A DNA stretch of 64,000 nucleotides from a virus. The position numbers and the translations under genes are program-made. Location: IMG/VR virus record IMGVR_UViG_3300020456_000005; one strand, 5' to 3'. The notes below the pieces were generated by a model. It was not told the DNA's origin and searched no databases. It saw only the letters and a program-made list of their open reading frames with translations. Below are positions 48,501-57,859 of the stretch, piece after piece (the first letter of the stretch is position 1; each line of letters begins with the position of its first letter).

Positions 48501-50265
48501 GAAAGGTTTCGTACTTACTGTTGTTGATCTTGCTGCTGGTCCTGACCAAGGTGGTTCTGTTGAATTGCAGGACAACGGAGTTAATGATGACGCTGGTTCA
48601 TACGTTATCTCCAACTCCAGCTACACTGCTCCAGATGGTAGAGGTTCTCTAACCGTCAACAGAGGTGCTCTAGGATCTACTGCAGCAGCTCATGATGGTA
48701 CTACATCTATTACACACTATCCAGAGAACGCAACTGCTGTAACAACTACATTGAGTGGTGCTATCAACTCAACCTCAACAGGTACTGAAGCAGCACCATA
48801 CATCATGGGTGTTGATAGTGTTACTGGAATGATTGCAAATGGTTACGTTGTTGTTAATCAGGAACTCTTTAAGGTTGTAGCAATTATCGCTGCAGACCAG
48901 ATTGAGGTTGCTAGAGCACAAGACGGAACGATTGCACAAAACCACGCACAAGGCGATGCGGTAACAATTTATCAGACAAAGGTTACTTCTCAGGATGAAC
49001 TGATTGAAGATACAACTGATGCTCAATTGGCCCTTCGTGTTAAGCGTGCAGACCTCAACTTTGAGGCAAATGATTATGTCAAGATTGACAATGAATTCTT
49101 CCTTATCTCTGCAGTAACTCCTGATACTACTGGTATTACTACACTTCTCTTCTCTGATGAGAAAGTAATTGCTGCAGGCGATGGACAAGACTTTAAGATT
49201 CGCTATCGTTATTCACAGGTCAGACTAACTGCTCACGACTTCCTAGACGTTGGTACTGGAAGCAAAGCAAATACTAATTGGCCTGGTCTACCTCTATCAC
49301 CAAACGTTCCTTCATACGAGACTGATGAATCCCGTCCAGGTCGTGTTTACTACGTATCCACGGACCAAGATGGTAACTTCGCAGTTGGTAAGTACTTCAG
49401 AGTTGAACAGGCAACTGGTAAAGCAACTCTAGACGCTTCCGCGTTTGACCTATCTGGTCTATCAAGTTTGAGACTTGGTTCTATCGGTGCTCAGTTGGGT
49501 GCTGCTATTAACGAGTTCTCAACTGACGGCACGATGGCGCAGAACAGTAACGAGAAAGTTCCTACTCAGGCAGCAGTCGTTACTTACATCAGCAATCTAA
49601 GCGGTGTTGATTCTGACTTTAGCATTGGTGGTAACCTCACTGTTAAGGGAACTACAACAACAGTTTCTTCTGTTACTGTTACTTCAAAAGACCGTAACAT
49701 TGAACTTGGTACTGTTGCTTCTGGATCTTTCACTGGTGATATTGCTGCTGGTTCAACTGATATTACAAACGTTAGTGACACCACAAACCTCGCACCAGGA
49801 GTTGCTATTTCACTAACCAGTGGTGGTGGCACAGTTACCATGTCTGGTTCTTATACAGTATCTTCTATCTCAGGAACTACAGTTACTCTAAGTGCTGTAT
49901 TCCAAGGTAGTGGTAGTGCAACTGGTGCATCATTCACTGCTGGTGGACCTTCAGATGTCACTGGCGACGGTGGTGGTATTACTGTAAAAGCTGGTAACGA
50001 CAAGTCTATTTCTTGGTCTGCATCTGGTGATAAGTGGGTGCTTTCCGAGCACGTTGATATTCCTGCTTCTAAGGAATACCACATTGATGGAACCTCTGTT
50101 CTATCTGCAACTGCTGTACTAGGTAAGTCATTTGACAATGATACAACCCTTGGCGCTGGATCTGCGGATGATGCATCTGTTCCTACTCAATTAGCAGTTA
50201 AGACATACGTTGACAGTCAAACTCAAGAAGTAACTGCTATCGGTTATTTCATTGCAGCAATGTGA
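45574..50265 (+). CDS. Long tail fibre/tailspike with CBM5/12-like repeats and a pectin-lyase-like beta-helix (1563 aa)
   Basis: Five W....Y...D.V.YG...Y repeats; VYYVTKEGSD.N.G, I.IKAG.YEE.LPI.VP..VSLVGD.LR and SPYVQNC beta-helix motifs; VPTQ.AV.TY fibre motifs. Confidence 0.8.
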   Translation: MADFRLGRLKFKWRGDWAASTAYVIDDIVKYGANAYVCTTNHTSATSENSFYSSDLGNWDLHTEGLRNRGDYQTTGVWYALNDLVKYGNTVYRATTAHVGPATFDFTKWAVYSEGLNFEDTWSSATVYQKGDIVTFGGYTYVAQQNSTNVAPNTDELYWKVLTTGFSPQGDFVDSEVYEPGNLVKYGGNTYSCKVTTTPESYAIDSISGDGSEVTVVFDVAQPTAPFGVGDLVTLAGTSAAQYNTSFRVKACTTTGFTIESTETAGATGGTIAYIPYPTNTRFWDLVLEGLNWNAAWNNASVYQLGDVVNRNGNSYVCIRSNTTGAATAPELDTNAVYWNYVSQGGDAAQVLQETGDLLYQSASGINRIALPANPNTATAAELREASGQILTVGGSPILPRWESNNVSNAVYYVTKEGSDSNSGRSISRAFGSLKYACDHIAGLTGADAASASNPIAIYIKAGVYEETLPIVVPEFVSLVGDNLRTSMIKPKSGFNSETQNITLATAADNFQYGDIVFNGARTKSAKVLESESNVITIQQVTGGAWNSADTWTNTLSNSSADAANLLVSNKDFLAHYAYYKFVLDQSANPTGAGADIRARLAEFVVELAAQVRSGGNDRVHAFAVDVIAGGANAITTVGSEDKTLLDTLRDAAVKVVKNETVGAVAGNTENQVIDNTITQDPAFCATQTAAVATLCDLAAGSILAGSPTTTVNQNAYIAITTAAGIPNQESTMFFLSSHNTVKDMVFEGMSGFVPYGPDDKNTDHGTLKGVYFRLNPNSPITKSPYVQNCAAIGGAAVGVVLDGGTHEKYDNDTVKSNKSMVFDSYTQILDGGIGFYVTRGAATEIVSSFTYYCHISYTSTRGGRIRAVSGNSSYGKYGCVSRGFDANEVTVDGKVKGGRLELNPAAAKDGGFTPGERIIGGTSGAVGELISDQSPSNYLYYFPVKGTFVQNEVVTGQTSSAYVTLVNNTDAVTGQKGFVLTVVDLAAGPDQGGSVELQDNGVNDDAGSYVISNSSYTAPDGRGSLTVNRGALGSTAAAHDGTTSITHYPENATAVTTTLSGAINSTSTGTEAAPYIMGVDSVTGMIANGYVVVNQELFKVVAIIAADQIEVARAQDGTIAQNHAQGDAVTIYQTKVTSQDELIEDTTDAQLALRVKRADLNFEANDYVKIDNEFFLISAVTPDTTGITTLLFSDEKVIAAGDGQDFKIRYRYSQVRLTAHDFLDVGTGSKANTNWPGLPLSPNVPSYETDESRPGRVYYVSTDQDGNFAVGKYFRVEQATGKATLDASAFDLSGLSSLRLGSIGAQLGAAINEFSTDGTMAQNSNEKVPTQAAVVTYISNLSGVDSDFSIGGNLTVKGTTTTVSSVTVTSKDRNIELGTVASGSFTGDIAAGSTDITNVSDTTNLAPGVAISLTSGGGTVTMSGSYTVSSISGTTVTLSAVFQGSGSATGASFTAGGPSDVTGDGGGITVKAGNDKSISWSASGDKWVLSEHVDIPASKEYHIDGTSVLSATAVLGKSFDNDTTLGAGSADDASVPTQLAVKTYVDSQTQEVTAIGYFIAAM

Positions 50266-50266
50266 T

Positions 50267-50274
50267 TATAAATA
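50267..50274 (+). promoter_or_regulatory. T4-type late promoter
   Basis: Consensus TATAAATA; AAGGAG SD before 50319. Confidence 0.8.
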
Positions 50275-50318
50275 ATCAAAACACTCTAAAGTCCGATCAT
50301 AACAAGGAGAATTAACCA

Positions 50319-50633
50319 ATGGCATCAGGAGTATATGGAAAGGCGGACTTAACCGCCTCTACTTGGACGACACTAGTCGCCGCACCTACATCTGGAACTA
50401 AAGTTTGTACTGTTAACCTATCTAACAGAACAGGATCTAACATTACCGTAAGAATTGCACTCGCATCAACTACTACTGTAACTGATGCTGATTATATTGA
50501 ATATGAAGTAACTCTTCCAGCAAATGGTGTTTTAGAAAGAACGGGTATTGTTCTAGATACCTCAAACGGTATTCAAGTATATGCAGGTGGAACTGGCATT
50601 AGTGCAGTTTCATACGGTATTGATGGTAATTGA
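50319..50633 (+). CDS. Small fibre connector/adaptor-like protein (104 aa)
   Basis: V.TVN..NR....TVRIA...DYIEY...L.ANGVLERTGIVL...YGI pattern seen downstream of phage fibres. Confidence 0.65.
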   Translation: MASGVYGKADLTASTWTTLVAAPTSGTKVCTVNLSNRTGSNITVRIALASTTTVTDADYIEYEVTLPANGVLERTGIVLDTSNGIQVYAGGTGISAVSYGIDGN

Positions 50634-50671
50634 TTCATCATATTGATAACGAACTATAATAGGAAAAACTA

Positions 50672-52219
50672 ATGGCTCGCAGATTAACAACAGCTGGAAC
50701 TGCACTTCAACAGAAAACAATTAATCCATTTTCTCAACCGTGTTTTACAGCATACACCATGAACCACTCTCATGGTGGTGGGTACTATCAGTACGATCAC
50801 AATTTTAACCTAATTGCTGCGGACCATGGTACTGGCGACGGTAGTGGATATGGTACGTTTAGAACGTATACTACTTCTGCTACTGAATTCTTTGAGAGTT
50901 CATCTAGTTATAGTAGTACTCAAACAAACGAAACTTCTAGTACTAACGGTGGTTGGTATGTATCTCATACTCCTATGGTCGGATATTTGGGGCATATGAG
51001 TCATACTCAAAGTGGCGGATCTTCAGGAAATATGGGTGGTTGGATTGCTGCTGGACGTGATAATGGTACTTCCTATAGAGCATATGCTTTCAGGGAATGT
51101 GTTCCCATTGTAGGTGAAACTTCCCAAGACTACGCACTGTTTTTCCCTAACGGTCATAATCAATCAAAACAAGAATTAATCTTAGGTCAAAGATCTGCTA
51201 CAAATTATTATTCATTAAGACGTAACGGTAGATATACTGGAAGAACTTATATCCCAAACACTTGGGAAGACCGTGATGGAAACAGTACAAATTTCTACAC
51301 CACATATGGCGGTGGTTGCTATAACAAGAAACAGAATAAGTTTCTTATTATGTACACGACTACTGATGGACGTTTCAAACCAGTAGTTTATAATAACGTT
51401 CCTGATCTTAGAGAATTCTCCCATAACGCTCAAGCGTTATACAATAATAATTTCACTTCCAGTCAGGATGAGGATAGTAATGCAAACAAATTATACGAGT
51501 ATTTCCACAATACTGCTAATGCTACTGAATATCAGCAGATAACTGGTTGGACTCCTTATAACAATCTTTCTAGTACTAATGAATCTAGATATAGACCTGT
51601 TCCTTTTCTATGTGACAATGGAGACATTCTACTCTTCTCAATGAATCCTAGTTATGGATATAGTATTTGGAAATGGGATGGAACTACAAAAGAGCAAGTA
51701 AGAATAAGTAGTAACGAAAATAATCTTAATCAAAACGGCGAATATTATCATGCATATAATTGGACTACTAACTATGGTCATGAGCAAGCTCATCAATGGG
51801 GTTCAAGATGGCAAGTAAGTACTGATGGTAAATATGCTTGGGCATACTGTGCTTCATACTATTATGGTGCTGGTGCATACTTTATGGTAGTTAGAATATC
51901 TGACGGTAAAATTCTTAAATTTGAAAATACTGATAGTACTTATGGAAGACAACCATGTCCCGTAGGTACTAGTTCTATGGGATGGTTAGAATGTTATAAC
52001 ACAGATGGTGGAGCAGGACTTTATTTCTCATGTCATGATTTAGAATATGAATTTGAGAGAAGAGGTAATGGACAGAACCTTTCTTTAGATGGTAACTACA
52101 TTCATACCCATTTTGAAGCTGGTACTTACAGCACTTCATATCCATGTATTATTCCAGCACATTATGATACTTCACTATTCAATAGTGAACCACACATGCC
52201 CAACTTAGATAACGTATAA
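50672..52219 (+). CDS. Putative receptor-binding/tip protein, paralogue A (515 aa)
   Basis: Y/N/S/G-rich; similar along its length to 52759..54240. Confidence 0.6.
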   Translation: MARRLTTAGTALQQKTINPFSQPCFTAYTMNHSHGGGYYQYDHNFNLIAADHGTGDGSGYGTFRTYTTSATEFFESSSSYSSTQTNETSSTNGGWYVSHTPMVGYLGHMSHTQSGGSSGNMGGWIAAGRDNGTSYRAYAFRECVPIVGETSQDYALFFPNGHNQSKQELILGQRSATNYYSLRRNGRYTGRTYIPNTWEDRDGNSTNFYTTYGGGCYNKKQNKFLIMYTTTDGRFKPVVYNNVPDLREFSHNAQALYNNNFTSSQDEDSNANKLYEYFHNTANATEYQQITGWTPYNNLSSTNESRYRPVPFLCDNGDILLFSMNPSYGYSIWKWDGTTKEQVRISSNENNLNQNGEYYHAYNWTTNYGHEQAHQWGSRWQVSTDGKYAWAYCASYYYGAGAYFMVVRISDGKILKFENTDSTYGRQPCPVGTSSMGWLECYNTDGGAGLYFSCHDLEYEFERRGNGQNLSLDGNYIHTHFEAGTYSTSYPCIIPAHYDTSLFNSEPHMPNLDNV

Positions 52220-52221
52220 CC

Positions 52222-52719
52222 ATGGCTTTCGTAGGATATAATAAAGAATTTGGCAATGCCACAGGTGTTTATGACACCGAAGCAGAAGCCCTTAAACGTG
52301 GGGGAGCTCGCCCAGAAGATTATATTGTAGTAGAATATGATTGGCAGGAAACCGATTACCTACCGTCAATGACGGTATCAGATGCTGGTGTCATGTCAAA
52401 TAGATTTCCTGGTAAAACAATTGATGAGCAACGTGCTTTAATTGAAGCAGAATCTGAACAAAGACAAATTGACACTGAAATCAAATTCAAAACTGAAGCA
52501 ATTAAACTGCATGCCAGAGTATTACTAGAAGAAATGCAATGGATGGAAACACGAGCTCGTGATACCGATTTAGTTAATGGTAATAATGATGCGATGAATG
52601 CTTATCGTGCAAAAAGAAATTTAGTTAGAACTGAATCAAACGAAGCAGAAGTGAAATTGAATGCATTAACGACTATTGAAGAACTAAGAGCATTTCAAGC
52701 TAAAGACCAATTCAGCTAA
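52222..52719 (+). CDS. Tail fibre assembly chaperone-like protein A (165 aa)
   Basis: NRFPGKT..EQ.AL, W...RA, AYR...R...N..E helical C-terminus; paralogue of 54271..54804. Confidence 0.55.
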   Translation: MAFVGYNKEFGNATGVYDTEAEALKRGGARPEDYIVVEYDWQETDYLPSMTVSDAGVMSNRFPGKTIDEQRALIEAESEQRQIDTEIKFKTEAIKLHARVLLEEMQWMETRARDTDLVNGNNDAMNAYRAKRNLVRTESNEAEVKLNALTTIEELRAFQAKDQFS

Positions 52720-52722
52720 ATA
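52715..52722 (+). promoter_or_regulatory. Late promoter-like motif
   Basis: GCTAAATA containing the upstream stop codon. Confidence 0.5.
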
Positions 52723-52758
52723 TAGTTGATTGATATCCCAAGATACTGAGTATTCCCA

Positions 52759-54240
52759 ATGGCAAGAAGTATTAGCACAAAACCCGCAACGGTTAAATCA
52801 AAAACTCAAAATCCATATACACAACCATGTTTTGCTACGTATGCATGCGAACATAGTGTATATGGATGTGGGTATATTTTATTTGATCATAACCTTGAAG
52901 CAATTGGAAAATACGTTGGTGATGGAAACTATCACCAAAATCAATTCAGAACTTATACTTCGTATTCTCCAGAATTTTGGAATAACTATGCAGGTTCTGC
53001 TTACATGGAGACGCAAGGTCATGCAGGTAGTAGCGAGAATTATGGTTCTAATACCTGTAATAATGGTTACTTAGGACATATGGGTCATTATAGCGTGACT
53101 GAATTTGCTAAAACTGCAGGATATAACCGTGGTTGGCCATCAGCACACAATTATAATGCATATGGATTTAGAGATGTTAATTCTATTGTAGGTGATATCA
53201 ATCAAGATTGGGCATGGTTTACTGACAGAGATGGAAGTGGACACAGAATGTTGTTTGGTCAAAGAAGTGCTGCTAAGTATTATCAGAATAGGGTTAGAGA
53301 AGGGATGAACATGGTTAATGTCCCAATTCAATCTCAAGAAGGTCCTACTAGTAGTACTGGAACTACGGATAATAGATTCTATGGTGGTTCCTGCATCAAT
53401 ACCAGAGCTAATAGAGTTTGCTTGATGCAAACAGATGGCAGTGGTTATAAGCAACCCATTGTTTATAACAATGTAAAAATGGATTGGAGAGCATACGCTC
53501 TTCATAATAATCATTTTGCAGGAACAACAGAAGCAAGTGCTGCTAAATCAGATAGTGATTCAAAGATCTATCAGTTCTTTAACAACAGTGCAAACTATAC
53601 TGCATATGATAGAGCAAATCATTCTAATGCAGCATCTTACTCAGGTTCAGGAGAATCTTATTGGAGAACTCAATCTTGTATCTGTGATAATGGAATGGTA
53701 TATACCTTCTCAATGACACCTGGCAACGGTTGTTCATTTGAAAAGTGGAATACGGACGGAACATACGCTGGTGTACAATGGAACGGAACTTGGACCACAT
53801 CATATGGTTATGAGCAAGGTCATCGCTTTGGTTCTAGATGGCAAGTAAGTAGCGATGGTGAGTATTGGTGGGCATACTGTCCTTCATACTATTATGGTGC
53901 TGGTATTTACTTTGCAGTGGTTAGAGTCAGTGATGGTAAGTGGTTGTATTTCCAATCAAATGATAGTACTCATGGAAGATCTTTGGCACCATTAGGTAAA
54001 CATAAAATGGTGTATACATATTCCACCAACAAAGATAATCCTGGTACTTACTACAGAATTATGGATTTTGATTATGAATTCAGAAGAAGACCTAATGGAG
54101 ACAATATCGGTGACTGGGATAGTAACTATTCCGCTTACTTACTTGATACTGCAGGAAACAGTACTGGATATCCATTCATTATTCCAGCGATGTACAACAC
54201 TTCCCTGTTTACTTCTCAGTTAGAGAGTAACGTAGAGTAA
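52759..54240 (+). CDS. Putative receptor-binding/tip protein, paralogue B (493 aa)
   Basis: Shares NP..QPCF, GYLGHM, GQRSA..YY, WTT.YG.EQ, GSRWQVS.DG.Y.WAYC.SYYYGAG and YP.IIPA.Y.TSLF with 50672..52219. Confidence 0.6.
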   Translation: MARSISTKPATVKSKTQNPYTQPCFATYACEHSVYGCGYILFDHNLEAIGKYVGDGNYHQNQFRTYTSYSPEFWNNYAGSAYMETQGHAGSSENYGSNTCNNGYLGHMGHYSVTEFAKTAGYNRGWPSAHNYNAYGFRDVNSIVGDINQDWAWFTDRDGSGHRMLFGQRSAAKYYQNRVREGMNMVNVPIQSQEGPTSSTGTTDNRFYGGSCINTRANRVCLMQTDGSGYKQPIVYNNVKMDWRAYALHNNHFAGTTEASAAKSDSDSKIYQFFNNSANYTAYDRANHSNAASYSGSGESYWRTQSCICDNGMVYTFSMTPGNGCSFEKWNTDGTYAGVQWNGTWTTSYGYEQGHRFGSRWQVSSDGEYWWAYCPSYYYGAGIYFAVVRVSDGKWLYFQSNDSTHGRSLAPLGKHKMVYTYSTNKDNPGTYYRIMDFDYEFRRRPNGDNIGDWDSNYSAYLLDTAGNSTGYPFIIPAMYNTSLFTSQLESNVE

Positions 54241-54270
54241 TAAATAATAAGAGGAAACTAGAGTAATCAC

Positions 54271-54804
54271 ATGGCACACATCTTTTTTACCACAGAAGCA
54301 GGGGTGATTAAACCAAAAAATATTTGGGATTTAAAACCATTTGAGGACGAGACACTAGAATCTGGTGATTATCTTGTTGAGTATGATTTTGATCCTACTG
54401 TTGAGGAATTTCTATCTTTATCATTGAATGATGCCAAAGATACTGTTGTTAATCGTTTCCCTGGTAAAACATTAGCAGAACAGAAAGCGTTGCTGGCAGA
54501 AGAAACTAAAGCAGAAAGAATTGCATTAGTTAAGGATGTTAAAACTAGAAGAATTAAATCTTTAGTTGCGGATGCTATTGAACCAGTTGAGTGGAGAGCA
54601 GAAAGAGCAATAGAACTAGATGCTATAGAAGGTGATGGTGTTACTACCAGACAAGCAAAAGTTGCTGCATATAGAAAAGCAGCACGTGATGCTAATAATG
54701 CACACGAAGCGGCTTTACTAGCTCTTACTGAAGAAGAAGATATAGTAGCATTTGATCCTAATTGGGTTCCTGCATTTCAGGCAGCAAATCCAATTGATTT
54801 CTGA
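54271..54804 (+). CDS. Tail fibre assembly chaperone-like protein B (177 aa)
   Basis: DY.VEYD, NRFPGKTL.EQKAL, W..ERA and AYRKAARDA.N motifs; AATAAATA at 54239-54246 upstream. Confidence 0.55.
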   Translation: MAHIFFTTEAGVIKPKNIWDLKPFEDETLESGDYLVEYDFDPTVEEFLSLSLNDAKDTVVNRFPGKTLAEQKALLAEETKAERIALVKDVKTRRIKSLVADAIEPVEWRAERAIELDAIEGDGVTTRQAKVAAYRKAARDANNAHEAALLALTEEEDIVAFDPNWVPAFQAANPIDF

Positions 54805-54818
54805 TCATCATTAGCAAT

Positions 54819-54826
54819 TATAAATA
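54819..54826 (+). promoter_or_regulatory. T4-type late promoter for gp13
   Basis: TATAAATA overlapping the 5' arm of the hairpin below. Confidence 0.75.
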
Positions 54827-54852
54827 CCCTTAGGAAACTAGGGGTATTTTTT
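54822..54852 (+). terminator. Rho-independent terminator-like hairpin
   Basis: AAATACCCTTAG-GAAA-CTAGGGGTATTT (12-bp stem with one G-U pair, GNRA loop), with a T run up to the gp13 ATG. Confidence 0.75.
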
Positions 54853-55656
54853 ATGGCTCAACCTTCTAGCAGGTCCGAGCTAAGGGACTACTGTTTAAGA
54901 CAATTAGGGTTCCCAGTTCTGGAAATCAACATAGATGACGATCAAATTGACGATGCAATTGATGATGCATTGCAATATTATCGTGAGCGTCATTATGATG
55001 GTGTAGAACGTATGTACCTAAAGCATCTGTTTACTGCTGCAGATGAAACTAAATTTGAAACTTCAAATACCACTACAACAGTTAATGGAGATACATGGGA
55101 AGAAAGAAATAGATACATTTCTATCCCTCCTCACGTCATGGGTATTTCCAGAGTTTTTGGACTTGCAAGTAATGCGATTAGAAATAACCTGTTTGGCATT
55201 GAGTATCAGATTTTTCTAAATGATCTTTATGCTGTTGGTTCACTTGATATGCTTAACTACTTCATGGTTAAGCAGTGGATGGAAACCATTGATATGGTTT
55301 TAAATAATGGTTCTTTTGTTGAGTATAGATTTAATTTACGTCAGGATAGATTATACCTAGATGTAGGTAAAGACATGCTTGATGAAGATGTATATGTGAT
55401 TATTGATTGCTTTAGAGCTCTTGATCCAGATACATTTACTCAAGTTTATAACGATACTTTTGTTAAAAAGTATACAACCGCATTGATTAAAAGGCAATGG
55501 GGTCAGAATCTTATTAAGTTTAATGGTATTCAACTTCCTGGTGGAGTAAGTATGAATGGCAGACAGTTATATGATGATGCAGAAAAAGAAATTGCTGCAC
55601 TAATGGAAAAATCTAGCAGCACATTTGAACTTCCCCCAATGGATATGATCGGATGA
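54853..55656 (+). CDS. gp13: Neck protein gp13
   Basis: EL.DYCLR.LG.PV.EIN.DDDQIDD.IDDALQ...E.H.DG ... K.Y.TALIKRQWGQNL.KF.G.QLPGGV..NG. Confidence 0.93.
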   Translation: MAQPSSRSELRDYCLRQLGFPVLEINIDDDQIDDAIDDALQYYRERHYDGVERMYLKHLFTAADETKFETSNTTTTVNGDTWEERNRYISIPPHVMGISRVFGLASNAIRNNLFGIEYQIFLNDLYAVGSLDMLNYFMVKQWMETIDMVLNNGSFVEYRFNLRQDRLYLDVGKDMLDEDVYVIIDCFRALDPDTFTQVYNDTFVKKYTTALIKRQWGQNLIKFNGIQLPGGVSMNGRQLYDDAEKEIAALMEKSSSTFELPPMDMIG

Positions 55657-57062
55657 AAAAGGTATACTTTCCTCAGTACGGTGGTAATAAGACTGAACAA
55701 AATCTTGTACAAGATTTAGTAGACGAACAGATTAAACTGTTTGGTCAGGATGTCTATTATATTCCTAGAGTTCAAATTAAAGATAGAACGTTAGGAGAAG
55801 TTATTCAATCTGAATTCAATCAAAGTTATATGATTGAAATGATGATGGTTAACGTAGAAGGTTTTGGAGCAGGCAATGAATTTATCAGTAAATTTGGTCT
55901 TAGGATTACTGATGAAATTACATTTGTTGTTTCAAGAAGAAGATGGGAACAGTCTGCAAATCCTGCTTTAAATTTAGCAGTAGATGGTAGACCCAATGAA
56001 GGAGATTTAGTTTACTTTCCATTAACTGAAGATACATATGAAATAAAGTATGTTGAAAGAGAACAACCTTTCTTCCAGTTGGGGAAACAGTATTTTTATG
56101 TTCTTACTGCTGAGCTCTACGAGCAAGGAGCAGACAAATTTGACACGGGAATTGACGAAATTGACGGTATTGAAAGAGATTTCAGTAACATCACAACCCT
56201 TAATCTTGGTCTTACTACCAGACAGCAAGCAACTGGAACAGTTACCGTTGATTCTAGCGGCAGTATATCTGGAGCAACTGTAACACTAGCAGGCACTGGA
56301 TATAACACTGCTCCAAATGTAACGATAACTAATGCTGGAAATGCATCTGGTGGAATTATTGAATCAACTATTTCTGATGGAGGTGTAGTATCTTTATCGG
56401 TTGTAAATGGTGGTATTAATTTTGATCCATCTAATCCACCAACAATTGTGATTGATGCCCCACCAGAAGGAATTCAATTTATTGCAGATGAGCATGTTGT
56501 TATTGGTGGGATGGTACAGCAGAGTGGTAGTAGAACATGGACATCATCTAATGGTGTCATTGAAGTAACTGCACTTGGTGGATTTGATCCTAACTATGCA
56601 ACTACCACACAGAAAAAATATTACTATTGGAAATTTGAAGATAGTAGAATTTCTTATGTGTACACATTTAATGGTACAGATGCAACAACTGTACCAGGAC
56701 ATTTTTATTATGATTCAACAAATTTAAAGTATGTAATCAATGCATACACTGAGACTGTTACTAGCGGTCAAAGAGCGCAGATGTTTGACCTAGACAGTGC
56801 AACTATTGCTGAGGTTGCAGATTGGAATGGTTCTACTTACACATTAGAAGTTATGAACCGTACTGGAAACTTTATTGATGGTGATTTGGTTCGTGGTGTA
56901 GAATCAAATGCGATATATACAGTTGGATCGTTCTCTACGATTGACAACACAAGCACCGAGTTTGATCAAAATCAATCAATAGAAAGTGGTGCGGATGACA
57001 TTATTGATTGGGGTGAGAAAAACCCATTCGGTGAATTTGGTAATTTTACAGGTAGCTTCTGA
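55653..57062 (+). CDS. gp14: Neck protein gp14 with an internal insertion (469 aa)
   Basis: EQ.L.QDLV.EQIK.FG.DVYY.PR, SKFGL..TDE, RPNEGDL.YFP, PFFQLGK and a C-terminal E.NPFG. Confidence 0.92.
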   Translation: MKKVYFPQYGGNKTEQNLVQDLVDEQIKLFGQDVYYIPRVQIKDRTLGEVIQSEFNQSYMIEMMMVNVEGFGAGNEFISKFGLRITDEITFVVSRRRWEQSANPALNLAVDGRPNEGDLVYFPLTEDTYEIKYVEREQPFFQLGKQYFYVLTAELYEQGADKFDTGIDEIDGIERDFSNITTLNLGLTTRQQATGTVTVDSSGSISGATVTLAGTGYNTAPNVTITNAGNASGGIIESTISDGGVVSLSVVNGGINFDPSNPPTIVIDAPPEGIQFIADEHVVIGGMVQQSGSRTWTSSNGVIEVTALGGFDPNYATTTQKKYYYWKFEDSRISYVYTFNGTDATTVPGHFYYDSTNLKYVINAYTETVTSGQRAQMFDLDSATIAEVADWNGSTYTLEVMNRTGNFIDGDLVRGVESNAIYTVGSFSTIDNTSTEFDQNQSIESGADDIIDWGEKNPFGEFGNFTGSF

Positions 57063-57859
57063 TGTTAGGAACACAATTTTATAACGAGGCAGTTAGAAAA
57101 ACTGTCATATCATTTGGAACATTATTCAATAATATTGAATTGAAAAAAACTGTTGATGGTCAAGTACTTGAGACAGAAAAAGTTCCTTTAGCTTATGGAC
57201 CTAAACAAAAATTTCTTTATAGACTTCAAGGCAATCCAACTGACGGAAGAAAAGTAGCAATTACTTTGCCAAGACTTTACTTTGAAATGTCTAGTATTGA
57301 ATATGATGGGTCTAGAAAAACAACAGCATTACAAAAATATAGAACCGTAATTGATGATAACGGCACAGAAGTTAAGACACAGTATGTTCCAGTTCCATAC
57401 AATATCGGATTTGAATTAGGAGTTATTGCAAAGTCTCAAGATGATGGACTTCAGATTCTAGAACAAATTTTACCATTCTTCCAACCATCATTGAACGTAA
57501 GTATTAAATTTATTCCTGATATGGATGAGATTAGGGATGTTTCTATTGTACTAAACAATATAAATTTTGAAGATGATTGGGAAGATGATTTTACTACAAG
57601 AAGATCTATAACTTATACATTATCATTTACTGCAAAGTCTTACATCTATGGTCCTTACACCAAGGCAGATGTCATTCGTAAGTCACGAGTTATTGAGACT
57701 ATTGGTGATCTTAATGTTAATAAGAGGCATGTTGAATTAAACTATACTCCTAAGGCAACTGTTGATTATAATCAAGATGGACAAGTTGATGCTGCAGACG
57801 ATGCATTTGTAACTGCAGATGATGATTTTGGATTTAACGAAGGAGTTGAATTCTTATGA
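57062..57859 (+). CDS. gp15: Tail sheath stabilizer/completion protein gp15
   Basis: FY....RK...FGTLFN.I, VPLAYGPKQKFL, TLPR..FE, PVPYN..FEL and QILEQILPFFQP. Confidence 0.93.
   Translation: MLGTQFYNEAVRKTVISFGTLFNNIELKKTVDGQVLETEKVPLAYGPKQKFLYRLQGNPTDGRKVAITLPRLYFEMSSIEYDGSRKTTALQKYRTVIDDNGTEVKTQYVPVPYNIGFELGVIAKSQDDGLQILEQILPFFQPSLNVSIKFIPDMDEIRDVSIVLNNINFEDDWEDDFTTRRSITYTLSFTAKSYIYGPYTKADVIRKSRVIETIGDLNVNKRHVELNYTPKATVDYNQDGQVDAADDAFVTADDDFGFNEGVEFL

Noticed and set aside
50672-54804. Shufflon or invertible tail-fibre switch
   Set aside because: Both paralogous pairs are in the same orientation with their own starts; no recombinase or inverted crossover sites are visible.
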